DNA from: an uncultured Candidatus Saccharibacteria bacterium
GTDB taxonomy: Bacteria; Patescibacteriota; Minisyncoccia; Phycocordibacterales; PALSA-1337
Reading direction: 5' to 3'
Length of the DNA: 64,000 nucleotides
Assembly (NCBI GenBank): GCA_964412585.1
Contig: CAYPPJ010000004.1
Span: forward strand, 9,825 to 73,824
Within the stretch, counting starts at the first letter, position 1. Each line of letters begins with the position of its first letter. The notes beneath the pieces were generated by a model, which saw only the letters and a list, made by a program, of their open reading frames with translations, was not told the origin of the DNA and did not search any database. Positions 37,869-48,198 of this stretch are shown piece after piece. The translations under genes were made by a program, and so were the position numbers.

Positions 37869-38750
37869 ATGGCAACCACATTAACCATCGTTACACCTGT
37901 ATATAACGGCGCAAAGTTCATGCGTCAGACCATTGAGAGTATCCTCTCGCAAAAAGGCAATTTTTATATTGATTACATCATTATCGACGATGGATCTACG
38001 GACAACAGTCTTGAAATTATGAAAGAATATGCGAACCTAGTCCAAACCAAACAATGGAAAACCGAGTGTCTCGGTATTGAGATGCGCTACGAAACAGGCC
38101 CAAATAGAGGCCAGAGTCGCGCGTACAACAGAGGCTTCAGTATAGCCAAGGGACAAGTGTGCGCATGGATGAACGCCGACGACTATTATATGCCTGACAT
38201 ATTCGAACAGGTCGCGCAGCTCTATGAAAAAGACCCCTCTATCGATTTCATCTACGGTGATTGTTTGAAAGTATATGAAGATGGCACCAAAAAATCTTCC
38301 ACTGAGCCAAGACCTCGGCCCGATGAGACTTTTGAGAGCCTCCGTACTCGTGGCAATTCATTTGATTTGTGCTTCTTTTCAAAACGAATATACGATATGG
38401 TCGGGCCCCTCGATGAAACACTGAAATACTGCATGGATCTTGATTTCTGGTTCAAGGTCATGGCCGCAGGAAAAGTCGCCTACCTGCCGCAAACCATCGC
38501 AGCATTTCGACTGTGGAGCGGATCAAATACTGTGACAAAACAAGCCGGCTTTGATCGAGAACGCAAGATTATCGCGCGACGCTACGGTGGCACTATTATA
38601 CCGGCAAAAAAGATCTATGCGCTCCGTGGAAATCTGAAGTTCCTAAACACAATAAAAAGACAGTTTCCCGCCCCATACGAAAAAACTAAGAAGTTGTTCT
38701 ACAAAATTGTCGGAAAATTTAGCTACGGCAAGTCGCGTCATACAAAATAA
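37869..38750 (+). CDS. Glycosyltransferase family 2
   Basis: LTIVTPVYNGAKFMRQTIESIL...IIIDDGSTD is a classic GT2 N-terminus. Confidence 0.8.
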   Translation: MATTLTIVTPVYNGAKFMRQTIESILSQKGNFYIDYIIIDDGSTDNSLEIMKEYANLVQTKQWKTECLGIEMRYETGPNRGQSRAYNRGFSIAKGQVCAWMNADDYYMPDIFEQVAQLYEKDPSIDFIYGDCLKVYEDGTKKSSTEPRPRPDETFESLRTRGNSFDLCFFSKRIYDMVGPLDETLKYCMDLDFWFKVMAAGKVAYLPQTIAAFRLWSGSNTVTKQAGFDRERKIIARRYGGTIIPAKKIYALRGNLKFLNTIKRQFPAPYEKTKKLFYKIVGKFSYGKSRHTK

Positions 38751-38777
38751 AACACGCCGCTCACGAGGGTGAGCGGC
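38741..38777 (-). terminator. Intrinsic terminator GCCGCTCAC-GAGG-GTGAGCGGC followed by a U-run on the minus strand
   Basis: Perfect 9-bp stem downstream of the minus-strand NUDIX gene. Confidence 0.6.
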
Positions 38778-38797
38778 GCCGTACCAGGTCCAGACCT

Positions 38798-39295
38798 TCA
38801 GCGATGATTGATTGCGAACAGGAGGACGAGCAGCCGTGTCGCATCGTCGTACCAGCGGGAATCGCTGATTCCTGTCACCGCCTCGGCGACAGGTAGCTTC
38901 ACCAGTTCGCATGTCCCTTGGTGAGTACTCTTCCACTTACCAGGGCCGCACAGATACAGCTTGATGGGCACCTTGACGACGTCACCATAGCCATAGGTCT
39001 TACTGACTTGGACGAACTCCGTCGCTGCCACACCAGCCTTTGCGGCCAAGTTCCGAGCAATGCATTGCTCATGAGTTTCATCTTCACGGAGGTAGCCTCC
39101 AATGCTTATCAAAAACTCCGACCCTCCCGTGTCCTCGCGCGACTGTCTGATGAGGTACACATTGTTACATTCATCATACAAGAGAACGCAAGCGGCGGGT
39201 GCAGTAGCCATTGTCAGGTACTCTGCAGCACCAACGGTTTTCTTGATCACGGTAGCCCATTTACTCTGGGCCAACGTCTCATTTCTTTCGCTCAT
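38798..39295 (-). CDS. NUDIX-like hydrolase, GC-rich
   Basis: Degenerate Nudix box GGYLREDETHEQCIARNLAAKAGV. Local GC is clearly higher than the flanks. Confidence 0.5.
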   Translation of the reverse strand: MSERNETLAQSKWATVIKKTVGAAEYLTMATAPAACVLLYDECNNVYLIRQSREDTGGSEFLISIGGYLREDETHEQCIARNLAAKAGVAATEFVQVSKTYGYGDVVKVPIKLYLCGPGKWKSTHQGTCELVKLPVAEAVTGISDSRWYDDATRLLVLLFAINHR

Positions 39296-39388
39296 AATTT
39301 GCTTTTCCTTGTCTATAATTTGGTTTTTCTACACACTAAATCAGACCATACTATAGCACCAAGTATGAATACTGTCAATACCAGTAAC

Positions 39389-40483
39389 CTAGATTAGATC
39401 AAGCTCTGCAAAAATACGTTCGCTCACCTTATCATTCCAGAGAGGAATATGGCGGTTTTTGAAATCTGTCCTTTCGAGGTGAAGGATGAGCTCCGCAATG
39501 TCCTCCGGATTGAGGCTATCAATAGGAAACAGTTTATTCGAGCCGAGCACCAATGTTATTGGGCGTTCAGTGTTATCGCGCAATGTTGCACACGGAATAC
39601 CAAGATGACTTGTCTCCTCCTGTATACCTCCCGAATCAGTCACGATGCCACTACTTTCGAGGATGAGCTTCATAAATTCAAAATACCCTAGTGGTTCGAC
39701 CACCCGAACAGAGTCGAGTAAATGGTCAAGACCAAATTCATGTATCTTTTTCTTTGTACCTGGATGTACAGGAAACACGATCGTCTGCTTCTTTGACAAT
39801 GAATGTAATACCGAGAGTAGCTTGCTCAGTATTTCAGGGTTATCAGTATTTTCGACCCGATGAATGGTCGAAACAATGTACGACTTTTCCTTCAGTCCCA
39901 GAGTTGAAAGAATATCTGATGTCTGAATATGATCAAAATACTTTTCAATACTTTCAATCATTATATTACCGACATATTTTATTTTTTCTTCCGCTATTCC
40001 CTCCTGCAGAAGATTGGCATTTGCCGCCGGCTCGGTCGTAAATAGAAAATCTGAAAGATGGTCGACAATCGCCCGATTGATCTCCTCAGGCATGCGACGA
40101 TCATGACTGCGAAGCCCCGACTCGACATGGATAAGCTTCGTGGTTTTTACCGCAGCAACCGCCCCTGCCAAAGTTGAGTTGATATCCCCGAAGACAATGA
40201 CTCCATCGTATTTCTTTTTTGAAAAAATATCTTTGAGCGCACTGAACATCTTCCCTATTTTTTCCGTATGGAACTGGCCGCGGATATCGAGCTGTATATC
40301 CGGGCGAGGTATCGACATGGCGTCAAAAAAAACTTTCGACATCGAATCATCAAAATGTTGCCCCGTATGAATCAAGGTAAATTCATATTCAGGATGCTTT
40401 TTTGCCTCCTTGAAAAAGGGTGCTGCCTTTACGAAATTTGGCCGAGCCCCAAGTACGACTGCGTATTTTTTCTTATTTGCCAT
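39389..40483 (-). CDS. wecB: UDP-N-acetylglucosamine 2-epimerase, non-hydrolysing (WecB/MnaA-like)
   Basis: HVESGLRSHDRRMPEEINR signature; 364 aa. Confidence 0.85.
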   Translation of the reverse strand: MANKKKYAVVLGARPNFVKAAPFFKEAKKHPEYEFTLIHTGQHFDDSMSKVFFDAMSIPRPDIQLDIRGQFHTEKIGKMFSALKDIFSKKKYDGVIVFGDINSTLAGAVAAVKTTKLIHVESGLRSHDRRMPEEINRAIVDHLSDFLFTTEPAANANLLQEGIAEEKIKYVGNIMIESIEKYFDHIQTSDILSTLGLKEKSYIVSTIHRVENTDNPEILSKLLSVLHSLSKKQTIVFPVHPGTKKKIHEFGLDHLLDSVRVVEPLGYFEFMKLILESSGIVTDSGGIQEETSHLGIPCATLRDNTERPITLVLGSNKLFPIDSLNPEDIAELILHLERTDFKNRHIPLWNDKVSERIFAELDLI

Positions 40484-41426
40484 AATACGACCTCATCCAG
40501 TCAATCGTTTTCTTGACTCCATCTTCGAGCGATACCGACATCGTATGCTTGAGATGGTCGACCGCTTTCGAAATATCAACCTTCTTTGATTTTGTGGTCA
40601 GCACTTCAGAATCTTTGTATTCGATGAGTTTCTTGTCGGCTCCGGTATAGTCCCAAATAATTTTGGCCAACGTCTCAATATCATGATATTCATTGCCACC
40701 GATATTGTAGACCTCACCTGGTTTGAAATTATCAACAATATTCGTAAGCGTTCGGCAGGTATCCTCGAGATAGGTAGAGGTGCGATAGTGCCCTTTGTAC
40801 ACCGTAATCGGTATACCATGAAGCGCGTGGTAGCAGAACTTGGCATTGACACTACGATATGGGTGATACCATTCGCCGGGACCATACGTATTGAAGAGGC
40901 GAACAATGACTGATTTGGTGCCATTCTTTATGGCAGAGTTCCTGATCTGCATCTCATTGACCCATTTTGACATGGCATAATCATTCATCTGCTTGATCTC
41001 AACCTTGTCCATCACCGACTCGATCATTACTCCTTCATAGTCACCATAGACCTCTGATGATGAAAAATGAATCAGGCCAAAGCCCAACTTCTCTTGAAGG
41101 CGAATAATGTGTTTGGTTCCAATCGCGTTTGAGCGCCAGACTTGTTCATAATAATCTTCGCCATTCCATCTACCAAACTCGGCTGCAGTGTGATACACAA
41201 AATCAAACGGTCCAGCTTCCTCAAAGACACGCTCAAGTTGGCGGAAGTCACCTACGTCACAACGAGAGTAATAAAAATCACTCTTTGACATCTGATGCTC
41301 CCAGCCAATCTCTCCAACTGCGTGAGTTAGGTCGATACCAAATACTGAATGACCTTTCTTGGTGAGCATTGGTACCAAGTATGAACCAACGACCCCCCTG
41401 CTTCCTGTGACTAGAATTCTCGCCAT
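40473..41426 (-). CDS. NAD-dependent epimerase/dehydratase
   Basis: VTGSRGVVGSYL Rossmann motif; 317 aa. Confidence 0.75.
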   Translation of the reverse strand: MARILVTGSRGVVGSYLVPMLTKKGHSVFGIDLTHAVGEIGWEHQMSKSDFYYSRCDVGDFRQLERVFEEAGPFDFVYHTAAEFGRWNGEDYYEQVWRSNAIGTKHIIRLQEKLGFGLIHFSSSEVYGDYEGVMIESVMDKVEIKQMNDYAMSKWVNEMQIRNSAIKNGTKSVIVRLFNTYGPGEWYHPYRSVNAKFCYHALHGIPITVYKGHYRTSTYLEDTCRTLTNIVDNFKPGEVYNIGGNEYHDIETLAKIIWDYTGADKKLIEYKDSEVLTTKSKKVDISKAVDHLKHTMSVSLEDGVKKTIDWMRSYYGK

Positions 41427-41427
41427 A

Positions 41428-42036
41428 TTATAAAAACTTTATAGCGTCTATTAATTGAATAGCTGGATCGACATCTATCTTGTCATGTCTCTTTGCATTG
41501 CTCATCATATAATCACGCACAACTACTTTGTACCCGAGTTTTTCCAACTCTTCAGGCTCCCAACCGCATCGATGAGTTTGGTATGTATGGCCACCGTGTC
41601 CCTGTATATCCAAATTTTGTGGAATATATCCTTTTGGCGTTTCCAAAATGACCCCCTTGCGAGCAATCTTTTCACACTGAGCGATCATGTCGAGCGACTC
41701 CTGTTTTTCCAGGTGCTCAATAATATCCAACGCAATGACGAGGTCGAAGCTCTTTGGTACAAATATCTCATTGAGCTTACGTACGTCATACTTGATAACT
41801 GCATAAGGGACCTCGGCTTCTATGTGATCAAAATATTTGTCATAAATGTCAACACCGACACGAATCTGTGCCGGAATAAATTTTGATTTGAGAGAAAGAC
41901 CACAGGCGACATCTAAAATCGAGATAATTTCACCATTTTTCCATGGCCACAGACCAGCTTTACCAAAAATAGTCGGTAATGTGTTTGCAATCCAATCTGC
42001 TTTAGGCATAGTGATATCAATGCTATCATAATCCAA
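41428..42036 (-). CDS. SAM-dependent methyltransferase
   Basis: ILDVACGLS motif I and LDIIEHLEK. Confidence 0.65.
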   Translation of the reverse strand: MDYDSIDITMPKADWIANTLPTIFGKAGLWPWKNGEIISILDVACGLSLKSKFIPAQIRVGVDIYDKYFDHIEAEVPYAVIKYDVRKLNEIFVPKSFDLVIALDIIEHLEKQESLDMIAQCEKIARKGVILETPKGYIPQNLDIQGHGGHTYQTHRCGWEPEELEKLGYKVVVRDYMMSNAKRHDKIDVDPAIQLIDAIKFL

Positions 42037-42078
42037 AATAATTGGAAATGGCTTTTAAGTATATACAGGAGCTACGAA

Positions 42079-43239
42079 TCATGCCTTAATCACTTGGCCA
42101 CGTAAACCACTAAATGCCCTGAACACGTCCTCCACACTCGTACTATCAAGAGCTTCCCGAGAAAGAGTGGCGGCCCCAGCTTTTTCAAAGGCAAATATTG
42201 TCGGGGCAACACTTCCCTTTGGCTTTACAATAATACTCATACCATCCCGTGGGGCCTGTTCATCTGGATGCACGGGGCCAATAATATCGATAAGTGGCAC
42301 ACCCAATGCATGTGCCATGTGCATAGGTCCAGTGTCCCCGCTTATAAAGAAACTAAAACGCTTGATGAGCGATGGAAGATCCTCTAAAGAAAAATCAGTC
42401 GCCTGAATACAGGATGGCCTGTAGCTTTCATTGAAACCTGCTATCAGGCGTGATATTCGAGCACTATCTCGCGACGATCCAATAAACACAATCTTCGCTT
42501 TATATTCATCAATAATCCGTGAAGCTAGCTCTGAAAATTTATCATCACCCCATTCTTTTATTGCATTTCCTGCGGTAACGCTGATGCCTACGATAGTGTC
42601 AGTGGAAGAAAGGGCCTGCGAGCTCATGAACATTTCCGCCTTTCGTTCGCCATCAGGACTGGTAAATACCTCTTTTGCTGTGTCGGATGAAGTGATGCCT
42701 GCATACTTCAACATATTCAAATACACCTGTGGTAGATATGAGTGGTCTTTATACACAAGCTGATTAGCGACCATCCAGTCGGTCAGCGACTCAGTCAGTG
42801 GTCGATCAGGGCGAGTGATTTTCACACGACGCGGTATCATTCCCCACACGGCAATCAATGTACTCAATGACGTCCCTGAAAAACTAACGCACCAATCAAA
42901 CCGTTCCGTGCGTATTTTCTTGGCCAATTGAAAAAAACTATAATCTTCAAACTGAATAATTTCATCCACGTACGGATTGTGCGCCATGAGTGATGACGTC
43001 ATAACTGAGACGAATACTGCGATGTGACTGTTCGGATAAGCCTTTTTTATCGCCCGAAATACAGGCGTCGTACAAATAACATCACCAATACGAGTCAGCT
43101 GAGGAATTAACAAAAAACGAGGCGCATCTCCTGCTCGACTCTTATTCAATATTCGCATCAAAAATAAAATGGGCACCGCCACATATGACAGCACTATCAT
43201 GGCGATTATAAAGAATCTCTTCTGTAGTTTCTTATTCAT
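42079..43239 (-). CDS. Glycosyltransferase family 9 (heptosyltransferase-like)
   Basis: RFLLIPQLTRIGDVICTTPVFRAIKKAYP and the C-terminal GDTGPMHMAHALGVPLIDIIGP. Confidence 0.7.
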   Translation of the reverse strand: MNKKLQKRFFIIAMIVLSYVAVPILFLMRILNKSRAGDAPRFLLIPQLTRIGDVICTTPVFRAIKKAYPNSHIAVFVSVMTSSLMAHNPYVDEIIQFEDYSFFQLAKKIRTERFDWCVSFSGTSLSTLIAVWGMIPRRVKITRPDRPLTESLTDWMVANQLVYKDHSYLPQVYLNMLKYAGITSSDTAKEVFTSPDGERKAEMFMSSQALSSTDTIVGISVTAGNAIKEWGDDKFSELASRIIDEYKAKIVFIGSSRDSARISRLIAGFNESYRPSCIQATDFSLEDLPSLIKRFSFFISGDTGPMHMAHALGVPLIDIIGPVHPDEQAPRDGMSIIVKPKGSVAPTIFAFEKAGAATLSREALDSTSVEDVFRAFSGLRGQVIKA

Positions 43240-44395
43240 TGAACAGTGTGATTATCTTGCGCGCACGCTCTCCCCACGTATACTGTTGAACATCCTTCCG
43301 CGCCTGTTCTGCCAACACATCACCATCAATACGCTTGTGCACAATATTCTCAATACCCACAGCCATATCTCGTGGGTCATCAGGTGTTACTAGAACCGAG
43401 TTTGTATCATTCAAAATCTCCTGTATCGATGGTATTCGTGATGCCACGATTGGTCTGCCTGCGGCCATGTATTCAAATAACTTCATAGGTGAGGTGTAAT
43501 AGAGAGAAACCTTCTGCTTTCCCGTGTTTGGCAATACGAGAACATCGGCAGCCTTGAGCCATGTGACCACTTCATCGTGGGGACGCGGACCAATAAATGT
43601 AATCCGTGAGTCGCCCGCTTGAGTAACCTCCGATTTCATTCGTTCCACATCATGAGTCGCTCCGCCAACAATATACAAAGACATATCCTCGCTCATATAC
43701 TCGACTGAGCGTACGAGTGTATCGACCCCTTTCCAGCCAAAAAGTTGACCCGTATAGACCACCATATGTCCCGGCAAGGTGAGACCAAGCGTGGCACGTG
43801 CTTGTGACTTTGAAATATCCTGACTGAATTTCTGTACATCCGTACCATTCGGCCAATATACGATTTTGTTAGAGCCAATACGGTACGTCTTTCCCAGCTC
43901 TGCAATCTTCCATTTTGTCTGTACCGCAAAACCAAAACATTTTTTCATCAGTCGCTGATACATAAAATTGTTTCCTGGGAAATGATGAACATCGTAAAAA
44001 ATGCGCGAGCCGACAAAACTGGAGGCATACAGGGGCATGTAGTCATGCGAAATAAATATTGCCGAGGCTCGCTCTGTCTTGGTATATGTTTTTAGTACAA
44101 AAAAGTATGATAGAAATGAAAATGAAAAAATCTGTATCAAGAAGGTCAATCGTTCAATCTGCGGAATAAAAAATAGGCCAAGGAAATCTATGCACGGCAC
44201 CGTCCGAACTGTAAAATTCTTCTTAATACCGTAGTAAGAAAATAAGTCTTTTCCAGGCCTCCTCCACAAACGTGGAATGACGAGATCAACTTGGTATCCC
44301 TCATCGGCAAAAGCTTCACACAGTTTTACCGTCGACAGACCGTGAGCCTTTTCGGTTGGAAAACGCGTATTGCAGATGTATATGATTTTTTTCAT
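43232..44395 (-). CDS. Glycosyltransferase family 4 (GT-B)
   Basis: C-terminal Glycos_transf_1 pattern; 387 aa. Confidence 0.7.
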   Translation of the reverse strand: MKKIIYICNTRFPTEKAHGLSTVKLCEAFADEGYQVDLVIPRLWRRPGKDLFSYYGIKKNFTVRTVPCIDFLGLFFIPQIERLTFLIQIFSFSFLSYFFVLKTYTKTERASAIFISHDYMPLYASSFVGSRIFYDVHHFPGNNFMYQRLMKKCFGFAVQTKWKIAELGKTYRIGSNKIVYWPNGTDVQKFSQDISKSQARATLGLTLPGHMVVYTGQLFGWKGVDTLVRSVEYMSEDMSLYIVGGATHDVERMKSEVTQAGDSRITFIGPRPHDEVVTWLKAADVLVLPNTGKQKVSLYYTSPMKLFEYMAAGRPIVASRIPSIQEILNDTNSVLVTPDDPRDMAVGIENIVHKRIDGDVLAEQARKDVQQYTWGERARKIITLFNE

Positions 44396-44396
44396 C

Positions 44397-44993
44397 CTAT
44401 TTCACCGCGTACAGATAATACCCTGAAGTTGTCACGCGAGCCTCGGTCTTGAGCACCTTATCCAAAAATCCAGCTACGGGGTCAATAATCCATCGGAGCT
44501 TGTGTTGGAATGGGAAAAAGAATAATAATGCCTTGAAGTAGCCTCCGCGCTTTACCAATTCGACATTATGCATACCTTTACACAAAAGGAGTAAGGTATC
44601 ATCGAAAAATCTCCAGTAATCAGGATATGAGCCTTTACGGGCATGATAGGGATAGATCGAAGGAACATAGATAAACAACTTCCCACCCGGCTTCAGAATC
44701 CTGCGAAGTTCAGCCATGGCTTTCCAGGGATTTTCAATATGTTCGAGTACTGAATGGCAAATGATGCCATCAATACTACTATCGGCAAGTGGTATTGCAT
44801 GAATGTCGCCGACAACATCAGCCCCCGTCGAAGCATCATAATCCATGGTCTTGTAGTTACACTGTGCGAACAAATGTTTGTACGGGGCCAGCCACTTCTG
44901 GAATCTTTCGCCACCGCCAATATCAAGCACCGTATGACAACGGCTGATATCCTTGACTTTGTCCTCGATGAATTTTTCGTATGATGCCGTCAT
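44397..44993 (-). CDS. SAM-dependent methyltransferase
   Basis: VLDIGGGE motif I and SVLEHIENP. Confidence 0.7.
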   Translation of the reverse strand: MTASYEKFIEDKVKDISRCHTVLDIGGGERFQKWLAPYKHLFAQCNYKTMDYDASTGADVVGDIHAIPLADSSIDGIICHSVLEHIENPWKAMAELRRILKPGGKLFIYVPSIYPYHARKGSYPDYWRFFDDTLLLLCKGMHNVELVKRGGYFKALLFFFPFQHKLRWIIDPVAGFLDKVLKTEARVTTSGYYLYAVK

Positions 44994-45015
44994 GATTGTA
45001 GATTATAGTACCATA

Positions 45016-46068
45016 TTATTTTCTAGTGACGACTGCTTCGCGTATGACGGTCATAAGTCGCGATACGAGCACAGTGAGACTATGATTGTTCATAACATAT
45101 GAACGGAGATACGTGCCGACTGACTTTTTTTCTTCAACACTCATATTCATCACTTTTTTTAATGCCTTTGCCAAGCTTGCACCGTCGGTAAATGTATATG
45201 CACCCTCTGACACATCATTCACCATACTCTTATTGCGGACAGCAACAAGAGTCCCGCATGCCATCGCCTCAAATATTGTCTTATCTGCACTACCCTCCGG
45301 CGTCGCATTTGCATATACTTCATGGGACTGATAATACGCAGGAACCTCGTCATGCCTGACGGCAGGCTCAAAACTGACACTCGAAGAAATGCCCGCGTCA
45401 TTAACCAAACGTTTGAGACGCTCATGATATCCGTAGGCATCGGGAGTCGGATCGCCCACGATCGTCACCTGAACTTCAGCATCTCCCTTTGAAAGGGCTG
45501 CGACACCCACAATGATATCCTCAATCTTTTTCACGGGAGAAATTCGTCCGAGGCACACTATGCTATTCTCTTGTTTCTTTAGAGATGGGTTTGGTGAGAA
45601 TAATTCCGTATCAATACCCACTGGCATGAGCGATGTCTTTGCAAACTTCGCCGTAAATGACTGCGGTGAGGTACAAAATACCCTGCGTGAAAGGGCTACA
45701 GCTATTCGGGTAAGCATATTTCCACGGGCATGATTGCGCCACATAAATACCGGTTTTCCGAGCAATTTCCAGAGGATCCCACCAAGTAACACATACTCCT
45801 GGTTCATGTGGACAAAGACTACATCATAGTTTTTTCGTTCGGACCAAATAGATGCATACAACCGAGTAATATACTGTGCTCGCGATATACGCTCTTCCTT
45901 ACCGAGTGAAATCACTTTTACATTGGCGGGCAGTTCGTAAGCACCTTTTTCAAGACACAGAGCTACGATAGACTCTGCATGTTTTGCGAATTCAACAATC
46001 CATCCATGAAAGAAGCCGAGAACTGGGTCGTTCTTGTCCACCTTCTGGGTGATGATGAGTAATCTCAT
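45016..46068 (-). CDS. Glycosyltransferase family 4 (GT-B)
   Basis: The EAMACG segment and the GT1 C-terminal domain. Confidence 0.7.
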   Translation of the reverse strand: MRLLIITQKVDKNDPVLGFFHGWIVEFAKHAESIVALCLEKGAYELPANVKVISLGKEERISRAQYITRLYASIWSERKNYDVVFVHMNQEYVLLGGILWKLLGKPVFMWRNHARGNMLTRIAVALSRRVFCTSPQSFTAKFAKTSLMPVGIDTELFSPNPSLKKQENSIVCLGRISPVKKIEDIIVGVAALSKGDAEVQVTIVGDPTPDAYGYHERLKRLVNDAGISSSVSFEPAVRHDEVPAYYQSHEVYANATPEGSADKTIFEAMACGTLVAVRNKSMVNDVSEGAYTFTDGASLAKALKKVMNMSVEEKKSVGTYLRSYVMNNHSLTVLVSRLMTVIREAVVTRK

Positions 46069-46070
46069 AC

Positions 46071-46931
46071 TTATTTTTTCCGTGCGGTCACTGCCGTGCC
46101 ATACACACCTTCCAAGAGATCAAGATCTTTACCTGATGCGAGGAGCAATTCAACATTCTTGTTTCGAATCGCTTCAAGAACTGCCAGGGCTGAAGGATCC
46201 GGGACAGATGCGCGGAACATTTCTATAAACGCCTCGAAATCTTTGATGAAACAATGACCTCCTGCCCCACGGCCTTTTTTGTCGACAGGTTTGAGATATC
46301 GATGCGACATATATGGATCAGCCTTGAATGCGTCACTCAAGACTTCCCACTTCATCTTGAAAGCAGCGGAAATATCGTACAGCATATTAGACTGAACGAC
46401 CTGAACATATCCATTGATATTATGCGCGTATTTTATCAACTCGGCTTCATCAGAAGAACACGTGAGATTATACGGTGCGGCCGGCAATACGCTCAAGATA
46501 CGTGTGGCAGCTTTTTTGTATACTGGAGTCATCTGCGGTAATCCAATAATATTTCTTGGCGGATTCGCCGCATCAAACGCGGCCGTCGCCTCACTCAAAA
46601 ACTCGGGAGAATGAACAATCAGGCGATCGGGAAAAGCCTTTTGCAATAAGCGTGTCCTCCCTACTGGCAATGTTGATTTGATGACCGCAATCTTTTTTTT
46701 ACCAACAAGCGGTAGAACCGCACGTAAAATACTGTCGTCATATCCTTGTGGAGTGGTTGGTGTCGGTACTGCAATAAAAACCAGGTCACACGCTGCAATA
46801 CGTGCCTTATTCTTATTGTATGGAGCCTCAAGGCCGTATCTGACCACCGCATGACCGCGATTTTCAAAATCATCGGCATAATGCTTGCCAATCCAACCCT
46901 GTCCAATAAATCCAATGAGTGGTTTCTTCAT
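46071..46931 (-). CDS. Nucleotide-sugar dehydrogenase family protein (UDP-glucose/GDP-mannose dehydrogenase-like), unusually short
   Basis: N-terminal GFIGQGWIG dinucleotide fold and a catalytic-Cys-like motif GAGGHCFIKD (compare GGSCFPKD). 286 aa is shorter than canonical members. Confidence 0.5.
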   Translation of the reverse strand: MKKPLIGFIGQGWIGKHYADDFENRGHAVVRYGLEAPYNKNKARIAACDLVFIAVPTPTTPQGYDDSILRAVLPLVGKKKIAVIKSTLPVGRTRLLQKAFPDRLIVHSPEFLSEATAAFDAANPPRNIIGLPQMTPVYKKAATRILSVLPAAPYNLTCSSDEAELIKYAHNINGYVQVVQSNMLYDISAAFKMKWEVLSDAFKADPYMSHRYLKPVDKKGRGAGGHCFIKDFEAFIEMFRASVPDPSALAVLEAIRNKNVELLLASGKDLDLLEGVYGTAVTARKK

Positions 46932-46962
46932 AGAGGGACATTATAGCGACAAGTGAGGAACT

Positions 46963-46980
46963 ATGAAAGCTTGCTTTCAT
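46963..46980. promoter_or_regulatory. Palindrome ATGAAAGC-TT-GCTTTCAT upstream of the dehydrogenase-like gene; candidate operator
   Basis: Perfect 8-bp arms. Confidence 0.25.
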
Positions 46981-47064
46981 AAGGTCCAAACGCAGTCGAT
47001 ATATGAGCAAAGCGATTATAGCCAATCTACGCCTTTTTTCAATGCGATTTTACCGAGAACAGAA

Positions 47065-48189
47065 CTAGTGAAATGCGTCAAATAACGAACCCCCTGAACT
47101 GACGAGGAACAGCAGGATATTCACGATGATAGGAATGGAGATCAAAGACGCACGAGCCACACGTTGGTAGGTACTCGATTTTGAGGAAATATGATCCCGA
47201 ATCTGTGTATATGCATATAACGCCAATGGTATAACCCATATAAACTGGATAAATTGGATGCGCGAAATAAATACAGGCCACAAAAGTACCGGCAGTGTCG
47301 CGATGAATGCGGCAATAACTGCATCAAGGTTTTTCATACCGCGACGCGATCGTATCATGCGAACAATTGCATACAGCACCCCGAGCCAATAGAGTCCGAA
47401 TGTTGAGCCTTCAACAATAAGTGATGTAAACAAAGAATGTGTCGGGGCTCCGCCATACTGTGCGTTGTTTGCGCTGAACCAATCAAGGAATGAGGGTGCA
47501 TGACCGGCGATAGTGGCAAGTAAAACACCATAGAGAACGAGTGCGGGTAGTCCGACAGAAAGTATGTTGGTAATCATCGCCTTGGTTCCCTTTTTTCGAG
47601 AACGCCATACAACAAGCAGACACAACGCGATCAACCCCAGTACGCCAGTCTCCTTGGCTGTAGCTCCAAGGAAACCGATGATAGAGGCCAGGCACAACAA
47701 AAAACGAGAATCTTTTCGAAAGGCAACAAGACCGACGAGGATAGTGACCGCCGACAGGCACCACCCTGAAATATCAGTACCCAGTGCCAAGCCATATTTT
47801 AGAAGCGGATATGCCGTCGCGATCCACGCCGCACCGACAACGGAGTCTGAACTCGAATATTCTAATTCCCTAAAGATACGATATACCGCACCAACAAGAA
47901 CAATGTAGAAAATAACGTTGAGCGCAAAAATCAATCCATAGGGATGAGACGTGTGCAGTATGGTGCCGCCGACAATCGCGTAAAACGGCTTGAACAGACG
48001 CTGCATGATGGTGACATCACCTACAAACGGAGCACCTTGAGTAAATGAGGTAATTTGTGCCGCATATATCGGTGCATCAATACGCGTGTCAAAAAATCCA
48101 TTGACTGAAAAGACCAGCGCCATTACACCAAGACATACCGCGCATAGTATGAACCAGTGTTTATTATTTTTTAAAAAACTGATGTCCAT
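47065..48189 (-). CDS. Polytopic membrane protein (candidate GT-C-type glycosyltransferase or glycan polymerase)
   Basis: 374 aa with about 10 TM helices. Function is inferred only from its context. Confidence 0.45.
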   Translation of the reverse strand: MDISFLKNNKHWFILCAVCLGVMALVFSVNGFFDTRIDAPIYAAQITSFTQGAPFVGDVTIMQRLFKPFYAIVGGTILHTSHPYGLIFALNVIFYIVLVGAVYRIFRELEYSSSDSVVGAAWIATAYPLLKYGLALGTDISGWCLSAVTILVGLVAFRKDSRFLLCLASIIGFLGATAKETGVLGLIALCLLVVWRSRKKGTKAMITNILSVGLPALVLYGVLLATIAGHAPSFLDWFSANNAQYGGAPTHSLFTSLIVEGSTFGLYWLGVLYAIVRMIRSRRGMKNLDAVIAAFIATLPVLLWPVFISRIQFIQFIWVIPLALYAYTQIRDHISSKSSTYQRVARASLISIPIIVNILLFLVSSGGSLFDAFH

Positions 48190-48198
48190 AGAGCATGA

